64,000 nt of DNA from Dehalococcoidia bacterium. GTDB lineage: Bacteria > Chloroflexota > Dehalococcoidia > UBA2979. The stretch's first letter is position 1; every line of letters starts with the position of its first letter. A program made the translations under genes and the position numbers. This document shows, piece after piece, positions 1 to 8,812 of this stretch. The DNA lies in contig JBFWSN010000004.1 of NCBI GenBank assembly GCA_050248355.1, forward strand, positions 196,569-260,568, given 5' to 3'. The notes below the pieces were generated by a model. That model searched no databases, was not told the origin of the DNA, and worked only from the letters and a program-made list of their open reading frames with translations.

Positions 1-243
1 GACGGCCAGGGAAGGGTCTCGCTGCGCCCGGTGGAGCGCGACGGGCGGAGCGGTCTTGAGATTGTGGTGGCGGACGAGGGGCCCGGGATCGCGGACATCG
101 ACCTCGTGATGACAGAGGGGTACACCTCGGGGGAGGGCCTGGGCCTCGGGCTGTCGGGGACGAAGCGGCTGATGGACGAGATGGAGTTGGAGTCGACGGT
201 GGGGGAGGGGACCACGATCACGATCCGCAAGTGGCGCCGCTAA
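1..243 (+). CDS. rsbT: RsbT-type anti-sigma/Ser-Thr kinase (HATPase_c), 5'-truncated by window edge
   Basis: Frame is open from base 1. Motifs DEGPGI and GYTSGEGLGLGLSGTKRLMDEMELESTVGEGTTITIRKW are typical of RsbT. Confidence 0.85.
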   Translation, partial: DGQGRVSLRPVERDGRSGLEIVVADEGPGIADIDLVMTEGYTSGEGLGLGLSGTKRLMDEMELESTVGEGTTITIRKWRR

Positions 244-651
244 GTGCCGCAGGTCGTGGTGGCGGTGCGGACGCATGCGGACGTGTACGGGGTGACACGA
301 GCGGTCCGGGCGGCGGCAAGAGCGGCCGGGGTCGTGGATCCGGGCCGTCTCGAGGGGCTGGCGCTGGCGGCGACCGAGCTGGCGACGAACCTCGCGCGGT
401 ACGCCGAGCGTGGACGCGTGACGGTGACGGCCATCGACCGGGAGGGGCGTCACGGCGTCGAGGTGCGCGGGGACGATGAAGGGCCAGGCATCGCGGACCT
501 CGACCGGGCGCTGCGGGACGGCGAGAGCACGGCCGAGGGGAGCCTCGGCGGCGGGTTCGGGACGATGCGGCGGGGCGTCGATGAGTTTGCGATCGAAAGC
601 ACGGGGGCGGGGACGCACGTGGTGCTGAGGACATGGGCGGTCCGGCGCTGA
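244..651 (+). CDS. Second RsbT-like HATPase_c protein
   Basis: ATELATNLARYA (N-box), DDEGPGI (G1), GSLGGGFG (G2). GTG start directly follows the previous TAA. Confidence 0.8.
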   Translation: MPQVVVAVRTHADVYGVTRAVRAAARAAGVVDPGRLEGLALAATELATNLARYAERGRVTVTAIDREGRHGVEVRGDDEGPGIADLDRALRDGESTAEGSLGGGFGTMRRGVDEFAIESTGAGTHVVLRTWAVRR

Positions 652-1235
652 AGCCGCAGCTGGAGATCGCGGGCGCGTCGAGGCCGTTTCCGGGAGAAGC
701 CGAGAACGGCGACAGCTGGACGGTGTGGGAGAGCGTGCACGGCCGGCGTGTGGCGGTGATCGACGGACTGGGACACGGGCCGCTCGCGGCGGAGGCCGCG
801 GCGCAGTTACGACGGTTGCTCCTCGACGTGCCCGACGAGCGGCTTGAGCAGGTGGTGGAGCGGGCGGCCCGGCGGATGCAGGGGGGTCGTGGGGCTGTGG
901 CGGCAGTGGTCGAGGTGGGGGAGCGGCGGCTGACGTTCCTCGGGGTGGGGAACGTGGAGGGCCGACTGTGGCAGCCGGGCCGGGAGCAGCGGCTGGTGGG
1001 GGAGCGCGGGTTCTTCGGGGGGGTGCCGCGGAGCGCCCGGCCGCTCACGTTCGACGTGCCGGGGGCATGGTCGCTGTACCTGTACACGGACGGGGTCTCG
1101 TCGCGGTTTCCGCTACCTGTCGATGGGGGGCGACAGGAGCCGCAGGCGGTCGTGGACGCGATTCTCGAGGGGCACGCACGGGCGACGGACGACGCGACCG
1201 TGGTGATGGTGCGGGAGGCGGCGGGGGCCTCGTAG
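633..1235 (+). CDS. rsbX: RsbX-like PP2C/SpoIIE phosphatase (start uncertain: ATG 633 or CTG 648)
   Basis: ENGDS, VIDGLGHG, GVGNV, YTDGV and DDATVV PPM motifs; follows rsbT-like genes. Confidence 0.8.
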   Translation: MGGPALKPQLEIAGASRPFPGEAENGDSWTVWESVHGRRVAVIDGLGHGPLAAEAAAQLRRLLLDVPDERLEQVVERAARRMQGGRGAVAAVVEVGERRLTFLGVGNVEGRLWQPGREQRLVGERGFFGGVPRSARPLTFDVPGAWSLYLYTDGVSSRFPLPVDGGRQEPQAVVDAILEGHARATDDATVVMVREAAGAS

Positions 1236-1270
1236 CGGGTGCGGTGGCCGCGAGGCGTCCCCTGCCCGGA

Positions 1271-2059
1271 TCAACGGCCGTGGAACGACGGCGTGCGTTT
1301 CTCGGCGAAGGCGCGCATCGCCTCGATGCGGTCTTCGGTCGCGGCGAGCGCGGTCTGGGCGTCGTCCTCATGGGGGATGGCGTCCTCGAGGCGTGCGCGG
1401 CGGACGAGGAGCGCCTTGCTGGCGCGCACGGTGAGCGGGGGGTTCGCGGCGATCTCACGGGCGAGGTCGAGCGCTGCGTCCATGAGCTGGTCGTGGGGGA
1501 CGACGGCGTTGACCAGGCGCTTCTCGAGCGCCCATTGCGCGTCGACGAGACGGCCGGTGTAGGACATCTCGGCGGCGACGCCGAGGCCGACGAGGTCGGG
1601 GAGGGAGATGGAGGAACCGGTGTCGACGGCGATGCCGCGCTTCACGAAGATGCTGGCGAAGCGAGCCTGGTCGGAGGCGATGCGGATATCGGCGGCGAGG
1701 GAGATCGAGAAGCCGGCACCGGCGGCGATGCCGTTGACGGCGGCGATCACGGGCTGGGACTGGCGGCGGATGCGCGGGGCGAGCAGCTGGATGATGGCGC
1801 GACGGTCGTACGAGGGCCGCGCCTGCTCGCCATTGGCCGCGGCGACGGCGCGCTCGAGATCGGCACCGGAGCAGAAGCCTCGACCGTTGCCGGTGAGGAT
1901 GATGGCACGGACGTCGGGGAACGCGTCATCGAGGGCATCGAACACGTCGTTGAGGTCGCGGACGAGGCCGGGGTTGAGGGCGTTGAGGCGCTCGGGCCGG
2001 TTCATGCGGACGATGGCGACGTGGCCGTCGCGTTCGAGTTGCAGGTTGTCGTAGCTCAC
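1271..2059 (-). CDS. Enoyl-CoA hydratase/isomerase family protein
   Basis: NRPERLNAL, GRGFCSGADL, VNGIAAGAG, C-terminal AFAEKRTPSF. GGAGG RBS precedes GTG at 2059. Confidence 0.9.
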   Translation of the reverse strand: MSYDNLQLERDGHVAIVRMNRPERLNALNPGLVRDLNDVFDALDDAFPDVRAIILTGNGRGFCSGADLERAVAAANGEQARPSYDRRAIIQLLAPRIRRQSQPVIAAVNGIAAGAGFSISLAADIRIASDQARFASIFVKRGIAVDTGSSISLPDLVGLGVAAEMSYTGRLVDAQWALEKRLVNAVVPHDQLMDAALDLAREIAANPPLTVRASKALLVRRARLEDAIPHEDDAQTALAATEDRIEAMRAFAEKRTPSFHGR

Positions 2060-2166
2060 ATCGACCTCCGTCCGGCGCGCATCGTCGACGCACTGTAGCG
2101 CATCGATGTCATGGGGGCGTCGCCGCCGAGCGGTTCGCACCCTCGGCCCAAGACTAGAATGCCCGG

Positions 2167-2616
2167 ATGCGTGAGGAGCATTCCGTCGGCGCGCTCTGGA
2201 CGTCAATTCGTGGGGAACAGTCACGGCTTCGAACGATGCTCGACGGCGCGGGTGGGAGCGACCTGGCCCGACGCCCGCAGGGGGGTGGCTGGTCGATCCT
2301 CGAGGTGCTGCGGCACCTGCTCTTTGCCGAGGAGGCTCACCTCGGGAGGCACGAACCCGGACACACGGGATGGAGTCCGCTGGGCTACACGCCGGCGACG
2401 ATGCGGGACGCGAGGAAGGTCGGCGCGCGCGACGAGGACGAGCCGTCCGCGGACGAGGTGCTGGCGGAGTGGCAAGCAGTGCACGAACGCCTGGAGGAGG
2501 CGTTGAGGAGTCGTGACGACGAGCCGATGGCCGTGGCGCTCGAGCGGAATCTCAGGCATTTGCGTGCCCACATTCGGTCGATCGAGCGGGCATTGCGGCG
2601 CGGGAGCGAGAGGTAA
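2167..2616 (+). CDS. DinB/DinB_2 family protein
   Basis: GWSILEVLRHLLFAE and C-terminal HLRAHIRSI metal-binding His pattern. Confidence 0.75.
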   Translation: MREEHSVGALWTSIRGEQSRLRTMLDGAGGSDLARRPQGGGWSILEVLRHLLFAEEAHLGRHEPGHTGWSPLGYTPATMRDARKVGARDEDEPSADEVLAEWQAVHERLEEALRSRDDEPMAVALERNLRHLRAHIRSIERALRRGSER

Positions 2617-2692
2617 GCGCAGACCAGCGCCGCCGACGGAACCTCGACCGGCCGTCAGTACACCAGTTCTGCTAAGGTGCGTCAGCAGGTGC

Positions 2693-2721
2693 TTGACATC
2701 CTCGGAGGGTGGGCACATACT
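2693..2721 (+). promoter_or_regulatory. Sigma70-type promoter of nrdJ
   Basis: TTGACA (2693-2698), 17-bp spacer, CATACT (2716-2721). Confidence 0.75.
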
Positions 2722-2734
2722 GCCGATCCCGCAC

Positions 2735-2813
2735 GAACCATATGGTAACGCGGGTAAGCAGTTAAGCCCAAGATGTAGGGGATGCTCCGCGAAGCGACCA
2801 CAACCGGTCGTGG
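2735..2813. promoter_or_regulatory. Tandem NrdR-like boxes
   Basis: GCCCAAGATGTAGGGG (2766-2781) fits the acaCwAtATaTwGtgt consensus. Weaker copies start at 2735 and 2798, spaced 31 and 32 bp, upstream of an RNR gene. Confidence 0.7.
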
Positions 2814-2853
2814 GAGCGACTCCACCGGGGCCGTAGCCACGAAGGACCCTCCG

Positions 2854-5800
2854 ATGCGCATCGATCGCCACTTCACGACCGCTGGCCGCAGTCCGTACGC
2901 GGGCATCGAGTTCGCGCCGCGGGACTCTCGGATCGTCAACCCGGACGGGTCGGCGGTGTTCGAGGCGGCGGGGATCACGATGCCGGCCTCGTGGTCTCAG
3001 GTGGCGGTCGACATCATGGCGCAGAAGTACTTCCGGAAGGCGGGTGTGCCGTCCTCGCTGCGGCGGGTGGCGGAGGACGGGGTGCCGGAGTGGCTGTGGC
3101 CTTCGGAGCCGGTGGCGGGCTCCTCGGAGGGTGGGGAGACGGACGCGCGGCAGGTATTCGACCGGCTGGCGGGGACGTGGACGTACTGGGGCTGGAAGCA
3201 CGGGTACTTCGACGGGGTGGAGGACGCCTCGGCGTTCCATGACGAGTTGCGGTACATGATGGCGACGCAGCAGGCGGCGCCGAACTCGCCGCAGTGGTTC
3301 AACACGGGGCTGCACTGGGCGTACGGCATCACGGGGCCGGCGCAGGGGCACTGGTATGTGGAGCCGGCGACGCGGGAGCTGACGCGCTCGAGCAGCGCGT
3401 ACGAGCGCCCGCAGCCGCACGCGTGCTTCATCCAGTCGGTCTCGGACGACCTCGTGAACGAGGGCGGGATCATGGACCTGTGGACGCGCGAGGCGCGCAT
3501 CTTCAAGTACGGGTCCGGGACGGGGTCGAACTTCTCGAAGCTGCGGGGCGAGGGCGAGCGGCTGTCGGGGGGTGGGAAGTCCTCAGGGCTGATGTCGTTC
3601 CTGAAGATTGGTGACCGCGCGGCGGGGGCGATCAAGTCGGGCGGGACGACGCGGCGGGCGGCGAAGATGGTGATCGTCGACGCGGACCATCCGGACGTGG
3701 AGGCGTTCATCGACTGGAAGGTGAACGAAGAGCAGAAGGTGGCGGCGCTCGTGGCGGGGTCGCGGACGATCCGGCGAGGGTTGCGGGCGGTCCTCGATGC
3801 GGCGGCGGAGGGCCTCGACCCGCTGGCGAACCGGGGGCTGCGCAAGGCGGTGACGCGGGCGCGTCGCGACGGGGTGCCGGAGCCGTACGTCCAGCGGGTG
3901 CTGCAGCTGGCGGGCCAGGGCGTGACGGAGCTGGACTTCACGGAGTTCGACACGGACTGGCAGGGCGAGGCGTACATCACGGTCTCGGGGCAGAACTCGA
4001 ACAACTCGGTGCGCGTGGACGCGGGGTTCCTCGACGCGGTGCGCGCGGACGAGGAGTGGCAGCTGACGCGGCGTACGGACGGTGCGGTGCACAAGACGGT
4101 GCGGGCACGGGCGCTGTGGGAGCGCATCGCGCACGCGGCATGGCAGTCGGCGGACCCGGGGCTGCAGTACGACACGACGATCAACGAGTGGCACACGAGC
4201 CCGGCAGGGGGCCGCATCAACGGCTCGAATCCGTGCTCGGAGTACATGTTCCTCGATGACACGGCGTGCAACCTGGCGTCGCTGAACCTCCTCGAGTTCT
4301 ACGACCAGGAGTCGGAGCGGTTCGACGTGGAGGCGTACGAGCACGCCTCGCGGCTGTGGACGGTGGTGCTCGAGATCTCGGTGCTGATGGCGCAGTACCC
4401 GAGCCGGGACATCGCGGAGCTGTCGTACGAGTACCGAACGCTGGGGCTGGGATACGCGAACCTCGGCGCGCTGCTGATGGTGCAGGGGATTCCGTACGAC
4501 TCGCGGGAGGCGCTGGCGCAGACGGGAGCGCTGACGGCGATCCTGACGGGGGTGGCGTACGCGACCTCGGCGGAGATGGCGGCGGCGCTGGGCGCGTTCC
4601 CGCGGTACGAGGAGAACCGCGAGGCGATGCTGCGGGTGATGCGGAACCACCGACGGGCGGCGTACTCGGCAGCGGCCTTCGAGTACGAGGGGCTGACGGT
4701 GCTGCCGATGGGCATCGACGCGGCGCACTGCCCGGCGGAGTTGCTCGCGGCGGCGCGGCGGTCATGGGACGAGGCGCTGCGGCTGGGCGAGGCGCACGGG
4801 TACCGGAACGCGCAGACGACGCTGATCGCGCCGACGGGGACGATCGGGCTGCTGATGGACTGCGACACCACGGGGGTGGAGCCGGACTTCGCGCTGGTGA
4901 AGTTCAAGAAGCTGGCGGGCGGCGGGTACTTCCGCATCATCAACCAGTCGGTGCCTGGAGCCCTCGCGCGGCTGGGGTACACGGCGGCGGAGGCCGAGGC
5001 GATCGTGGCGTACTGTGCGGGGACGGGCCGCCTGTCGGGCGCGCCGCATATCAACCGCGAGTCGCTGGGGGCGCGCGGGTTCTCCTCGCAGCTGCTGGAT
5101 GAGATCGACGCGGCGCTGCCTTCGGCGTTCGACGTCACGTTCGCGTTCAACCGGTATGCGCTGGGCGACGAGTTCTGCCGCGACGTCCTCGGGTTCAGCG
5201 AGGCGCAGCTGGCTGACCCGATGTTCTCCGTCCTCGAGGGGCTGGGGTTCACGCGGACGCAGATCGAGGAGGCGAACGACTTCATCGTCGGGCGGATGAC
5301 GACGGAGGGGGCGCCGCACCTGCGCGAGGAGCACTACGCGGTGTTCGACTGCGCGAACCGGTGCGGGAGGTACGGGACGCGGTACATCGCGCCGATGGCG
5401 CACGTGCGGATCATGGCGGCGGCACAGCCGTTCATCTCCGGGGCGATCAGCAAGACGATCAACATGCCGGCGGACGCGACGGTGGCGGACGTGGCGGACG
5501 TGTACATGGCGGCGGCGGACTCGATGGTGAAGGCGCTGGCGCTGTACCGCGACGGGTCGAAGCTGTCGCAGCCGCTGTCGTCCTCGGTGTTCGCGGCGTT
5601 CGAGGACGATGACGATGACGAGGAGCCGCTGGGACCAGCGGCGGCGGCGTCGCACCCGGCGGTGATCGCGGCGGAGGAGGTGCTGCGGGGGCTGCGTCGG
5701 GGGGCTCGGGAGTCGCTGCCGGCGCGGCGGCGCGGGTACGCGCAGAAGGCGACGGTGGGCGGGCACTCGATCTACCTGCACACGGGGGACTTCAGCGAGC

Positions 5801-6450
5801 CGAACGGGGACGGGTCGCCGCGGCTGGGCGAGATCTTCGTGTCGATGTCAAAGGAGGGGGCGTCGTTCGGGGCGCTGATGAACTGCTTCGCGATCGCGGT
5901 GTCGATCGGGCTGCAGCACGGGGTGCCGCTGGACGCGTACGTGGACTCGTTCATCTTCCAGAAGTTCGAGCCGAACGGTCTGGTGACAGGCCACGAGCGG
6001 ATCCACATGGCGACCTCGATCATCGACTACATCTTCCGGGAGCTGGCGGTGTCGTACCTCGGGCGGGACGACCTGGCGCACTTTGGGCCGGCGGACGAGG
6101 ACGAGGACGGGGGCATCGAGGACCATGCGTCGGCGTTCCCGCCGGCGGTGGTGCCGGGGGCGGCGTACGCGTTCGAGGCGGGGGACGCGCCGGGCGCGGC
6201 CGCAGCGGCGTCGGCATCGGTAGCGACCGCCTCGGTGGGGGTTGTGACCTCGGAGGCGCCGCGGCTGGCGCCGGGCCTGGCGGCGACGACGGTGGTGGAG
6301 CTGCGGTCGACGCAGGAGGTGCGGGTGTTGCAGGCGCGTCAGAAGGGGTTCGAGGGGGACCCGTGCGATGAGTGCGGGCAGCTGATGATGGTGCGCAACG
6401 GGACGTGCCTGAAGTGCATGAACTGCGGGGCTACGAGCGGGTGTAGTTAG
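2854..6450 (+). CDS. nrdJ: Class II (adenosylcobalamin-dependent) ribonucleotide reductase, long form with TSCPD-like domain and C-terminal Zn ribbon
   Basis: PNSPQWFN, ACFIQSV, GSNPCSEY, ACNLAS, IAPTGTI, ISGAISKTINM, terminal CDECG..CMNCGATSGCS. Start taken at MRIDRHFT. Confidence 0.97.
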   Translation: MRIDRHFTTAGRSPYAGIEFAPRDSRIVNPDGSAVFEAAGITMPASWSQVAVDIMAQKYFRKAGVPSSLRRVAEDGVPEWLWPSEPVAGSSEGGETDARQVFDRLAGTWTYWGWKHGYFDGVEDASAFHDELRYMMATQQAAPNSPQWFNTGLHWAYGITGPAQGHWYVEPATRELTRSSSAYERPQPHACFIQSVSDDLVNEGGIMDLWTREARIFKYGSGTGSNFSKLRGEGERLSGGGKSSGLMSFLKIGDRAAGAIKSGGTTRRAAKMVIVDADHPDVEAFIDWKVNEEQKVAALVAGSRTIRRGLRAVLDAAAEGLDPLANRGLRKAVTRARRDGVPEPYVQRVLQLAGQGVTELDFTEFDTDWQGEAYITVSGQNSNNSVRVDAGFLDAVRADEEWQLTRRTDGAVHKTVRARALWERIAHAAWQSADPGLQYDTTINEWHTSPAGGRINGSNPCSEYMFLDDTACNLASLNLLEFYDQESERFDVEAYEHASRLWTVVLEISVLMAQYPSRDIAELSYEYRTLGLGYANLGALLMVQGIPYDSREALAQTGALTAILTGVAYATSAEMAAALGAFPRYEENREAMLRVMRNHRRAAYSAAAFEYEGLTVLPMGIDAAHCPAELLAAARRSWDEALRLGEAHGYRNAQTTLIAPTGTIGLLMDCDTTGVEPDFALVKFKKLAGGGYFRIINQSVPGALARLGYTAAEAEAIVAYCAGTGRLSGAPHINRESLGARGFSSQLLDEIDAALPSAFDVTFAFNRYALGDEFCRDVLGFSEAQLADPMFSVLEGLGFTRTQIEEANDFIVGRMTTEGAPHLREEHYAVFDCANRCGRYGTRYIAPMAHVRIMAAAQPFISGAISKTINMPADATVADVADVYMAAADSMVKALALYRDGSKLSQPLSSSVFAAFEDDDDDEEPLGPAAAASHPAVIAAEEVLRGLRRGARESLPARRRGYAQKATVGGHSIYLHTGDFSEPNGDGSPRLGEIFVSMSKEGASFGALMNCFAIAVSIGLQHGVPLDAYVDSFIFQKFEPNGLVTGHERIHMATSIIDYIFRELAVSYLGRDDLAHFGPADEDEDGGIEDHASAFPPAVVPGAAYAFEAGDAPGAAAAASASVATASVGVVTSEAPRLAPGLAATTVVELRSTQEVRVLQARQKGFEGDPCDECGQLMMVRNGTCLKCMNCGATSGCS

Positions 6451-6473
6451 CTATTTCGAGGAGTACGAACAGC

Positions 6474-6517
6474 GAGGCCCACCCGGGGCGCCGTGGAAAG
6501 CAGTCCGGGTGGGCCTC
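6474..6517. terminator. Stem-loop after nrdJ
   Basis: 13-bp inverted repeat GAGGCCCACCCGG/CCGGGTGGGCCTC; no U-tract. Confidence 0.5.
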
Positions 6518-6635
6518 AGACGGTGAAGAGGACGAACCCCCTCGGCTTCCAATATGCTCGAAGCTGAGTCGCTGATTCCTTCCCTTCTCCGCACAGTTGC
6601 GAACGGCCTTTCAACGCCGTCGGAAGGGACTTCGA

Positions 6636-7019
6636 ATGCTGCGACGGTTTGTAGTGTGGCGCGAGGGTTTCGTCCCCCGGCCGAGAGGGAACCGTCCTCC
6701 CCGCGGCCTGAAGCCGAATCAACTCCCGAAGCTGGATCTCGATCTGCTCCGCGTCGTCGATGAGTTGAGCTTAGGGGAGTGGGACGTGATTCAGGACGGC
6801 GTGCTCGTCTTCTACACGTACCAGCCGCCATCGACGGTGGCGGAGCGTATCGATGCCGTCGCGGCGCAGGCCGGCAGCGATATCAAGACGCTCGTGACCG
6901 GCGAGCTCGGGGCCGACAACCGCTTCCTCTACTCGGAAGCGCTAGAGGAAGCGCAGCGTCGCTGGGTGAGGGACGGGTTGAACGAAGAATGGTCGCGGAA
7001 GGATGCCGCGCAAGGTTAG
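6636..7019 (+). CDS. Hypothetical protein
   Basis: Protein-like composition (LDLDLLRVVDEL...VLVFYTY) in a lower-GC patch; no family recognised. Confidence 0.5.
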   Translation: MLRRFVVWREGFVPRPRGNRPPRGLKPNQLPKLDLDLLRVVDELSLGEWDVIQDGVLVFYTYQPPSTVAERIDAVAAQAGSDIKTLVTGELGADNRFLYSEALEEAQRRWVRDGLNEEWSRKDAAQG

Positions 7020-7120
7020 CGTCCGGACCGCGTACCCCGCGACCGATACTGCGGGCTATCCGTTCCTGGTAGCTCGCGGGAGCCATTCAACGCACATGTA
7101 CAGGAAGTGGAGGAACAGCG

Positions 7121-7267
7121 ATGGCAAACAGCAAAAAGGTCACATCCTCGGCCGCCGCGAGGGCGGCGAGTGCGGTTCTCCGGAACCCGCGGTCGTCCAC
7201 CGAGGCGAAGACTGCGGCGGCGAGCGCGCTTTCGCAGACACCGAGCTACCGCAAGAAGTCGAAGTAA
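7121..7267 (+). CDS. Small basic 48-aa protein, missed by the ORF track
   Basis: GGAGGA RBS, then ATG 7121: MANSKKVTSSAAARAASAVLRNPRSSTEAKTAAASALSQTPSYRKKSK*. Confidence 0.7.
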   Translation: MANSKKVTSSAAARAASAVLRNPRSSTEAKTAAASALSQTPSYRKKSK

Positions 7268-7343
7268 CGGAGGAAGGTTGGGGAGGGCGGATCCTGCCTG
7301 CCCCAACCTTCCGAGCTCAACCTGTCGAGTGGACGCCGCCTGA

Positions 7344-7468
7344 GATACTGTGCGCAGAGCCACCTCGCGAGGTGTGGGCGTGCACAATCGGTATCCGTTT
7401 CCTCGGCTGTATGAGGCGTACCAGGACTCCACCGGGGTGAGCACGCCCTCCGCGATCCATGCGCTAAC
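7344..7468 (+). repeat. Direct repeat copy 1: promoter, RBS and first ~30 codons of the DnaD-domain gene (truncated duplicate)
   Basis: Aligns with 8290-8412 (GATACTG..CCACCTCGCGAGGTG..GTGCACAATCGGTATCCGTTT..GGCTGTATGAGGCGTAC..GGGGTGAGCACGCC). Confidence 0.9.
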
Positions 7469-7552
7469 GAGGCGGCCACGAGCCCTCGCGGCCGCCTCGC
7501 GTACGGGGTGCAGAGCGGGGAGGAGCCGCTGCCTCTGGCATTTGAGTTTGTT

Positions 7553-7581
7553 CACAGTTACACAACCATTGTGTAACTGTG
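7553..7581. promoter_or_regulatory. Probable TA autoregulatory operator
   Basis: Perfect 13-bp inverted repeat CACAGTTACACAA-cca-TTGTGTAACTGTG, 14 bp upstream of the antitoxin ATG. Confidence 0.8.
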
Positions 7582-7595
7582 CTAACGTGCTGGAC

Positions 7596-7835
7596 ATGAA
7601 GAACATCACCGTGTCCGTGCCGGACGAGGTGTACCGGGTCGCGCGGATCCGGGCGGCGGAGCAGGGGCGGTCGGTGAGTGCGTTGGTGGCCGAGTTCCTC
7701 GAGGGGCTTTCGGGGCAGGACGCGGAGTTCGCGCGGCTCGAGGCGTTGCAGCGTCGGGTGCAGGCGGAGGTGACGCGGTTCCGGGGCGGGGACCGCGTCG
7801 GGCGGGATGAACTGCACGACCGTGCGGTTCGTTGA
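7596..7835 (+). CDS. vapB: Ribbon-helix-helix antitoxin (VapB-like)
   Basis: MKNITVSVPDEVYRVARIRAAEQGRSVSALVAEFL RHH pattern; overlaps the PIN gene. Confidence 0.85.
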   Translation: MKNITVSVPDEVYRVARIRAAEQGRSVSALVAEFLEGLSGQDAEFARLEALQRRVQAEVTRFRGGDRVGRDELHDRAVR

Positions 7836-8220
7836 TACGAACGTCCTGCTGTACGCGATCTCGACGGACCCATCTGAACGGGTGAAGCGCGAGGTGGCGG
7901 ACGGACTCCTCGGAGGACGCGACCTCGCGCTGTCGGTGCAAGTGCTGCAAGAGTTCTACGTCCAGGCTACGCGGGCGGACGCGCTGACGCACCAGCAGGC
8001 GGCTGACCTGGTCACGTCGTTCACGCGATTCACGGTGCAGTCGACGACGACCGACCTGGTGCTGGGTGCGATGGCGACGCGTCAGCGGTTCGGGCTGTCG
8101 TACTGGGATGCGGCGATCGTCGAGGCGGCGCGGATGCTCGGGTGTGACGAGGTGCTGTCGGAAGACCTGAGCGATGGGCGCGACTACGGCGGCGTGCGGG
8201 TGGTCAACCCGTTCGTCTGA
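7822..8220 (+). CDS. vapC: PIN-domain toxin (VapC-like)
   Basis: FVDTNVLLYA, SVQVLQEF, SYWDAAIV, SEDL, VVNPF. Confidence 0.92.
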   Translation: MRFVDTNVLLYAISTDPSERVKREVADGLLGGRDLALSVQVLQEFYVQATRADALTHQQAADLVTSFTRFTVQSTTTDLVLGAMATRQRFGLSYWDAAIVEAARMLGCDEVLSEDLSDGRDYGGVRVVNPFV

Positions 8221-8289
8221 CGAGGCCCGCCAGTCGGGGGTGCTACCTCGACGGTGGCGGCGGGCGGGGGTTGTCTGGACAGCGGTTGC

Positions 8290-8412
8290 GATACTGGAGC
8301 GAGACCACCTCGCGAGGTGTTGCGTGCACAATCGGTATCCGTTTCCGCGGCTGTATGAGGCGTACGAGGATACGATCGGGGTGAGCACGCCGGCGGTGAT
8401 CTATGCGTTGAA
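8290..8412 (+). repeat. Direct repeat copy 2 (5' end of intact DnaD-domain gene)
   Basis: Aligns with 7344-7468. Confidence 0.9.
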
Positions 8413-8554
8413 CGCGGCGGCGGAGCGGTGGCCGCACCAGTGGATCGTGGAGGCGCTGCGGCAGGCGGCGTTGCAGGGGCAGCCTTCGTGGCGGTATGCG
8501 GAGGGGTTGCTGCGGCGTCGGGAGCGGGATGAGCCGCTGCCGCCCTCGGCGTGA
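8324..8554 (+). CDS. Stand-alone DnaD/DnaB_2 domain protein (76 aa)
   Basis: LYEAYEDTIG..P.......WIVEALRQAA....SWRYAEGLLRR resembles the DnaD C-terminal YxxxILxxW domain. GAGGTG RBS. Confidence 0.7.
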   Translation: MHNRYPFPRLYEAYEDTIGVSTPAVIYALNAAAERWPHQWIVEALRQAALQGQPSWRYAEGLLRRRERDEPLPPSA

Positions 8555-8812
8555 GGGACGGGATGCACCCGGCGGGGCGAGTAGCCGCCTCCAGAGACAG
8601 ACGTAGCGGCGCCTGCGGCGTGGGCCGCGGTGGCAGGGGAACTCCGGGTTCCTCGACGCGTGTCGTGGCATCACTCGTCGAAGTCTCACTTGTACCGACT
8701 CGAAGGCTTGTAATCCTTCGTTCACATCGTGGATGTTGAATCTCCTCGGACGCCGGAGTGCGGCGCCCGACTCTGGTGCAGTCCGGTCGACGCACCGAAG
8801 GAGGAGAGTTCG

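Noticed and set aside
2617-2853. Cobalamin riboswitch upstream of nrdJ
   Set aside because: No B12-box or GGGAA..GCCACTG motifs. The space is occupied by the promoter and NrdR-like boxes.
2854-6450. Intein or intron in nrdJ
   Set aside because: No C...HN/C splice junctions or LAGLIDADG motifs. The length is explained by the long NrdJ form.
7003-7440. 145-aa ORF from the track
   Set aside because: It overlaps the better-supported 48-aa ORF (strong RBS) and the repeat, and its composition is not convincing.
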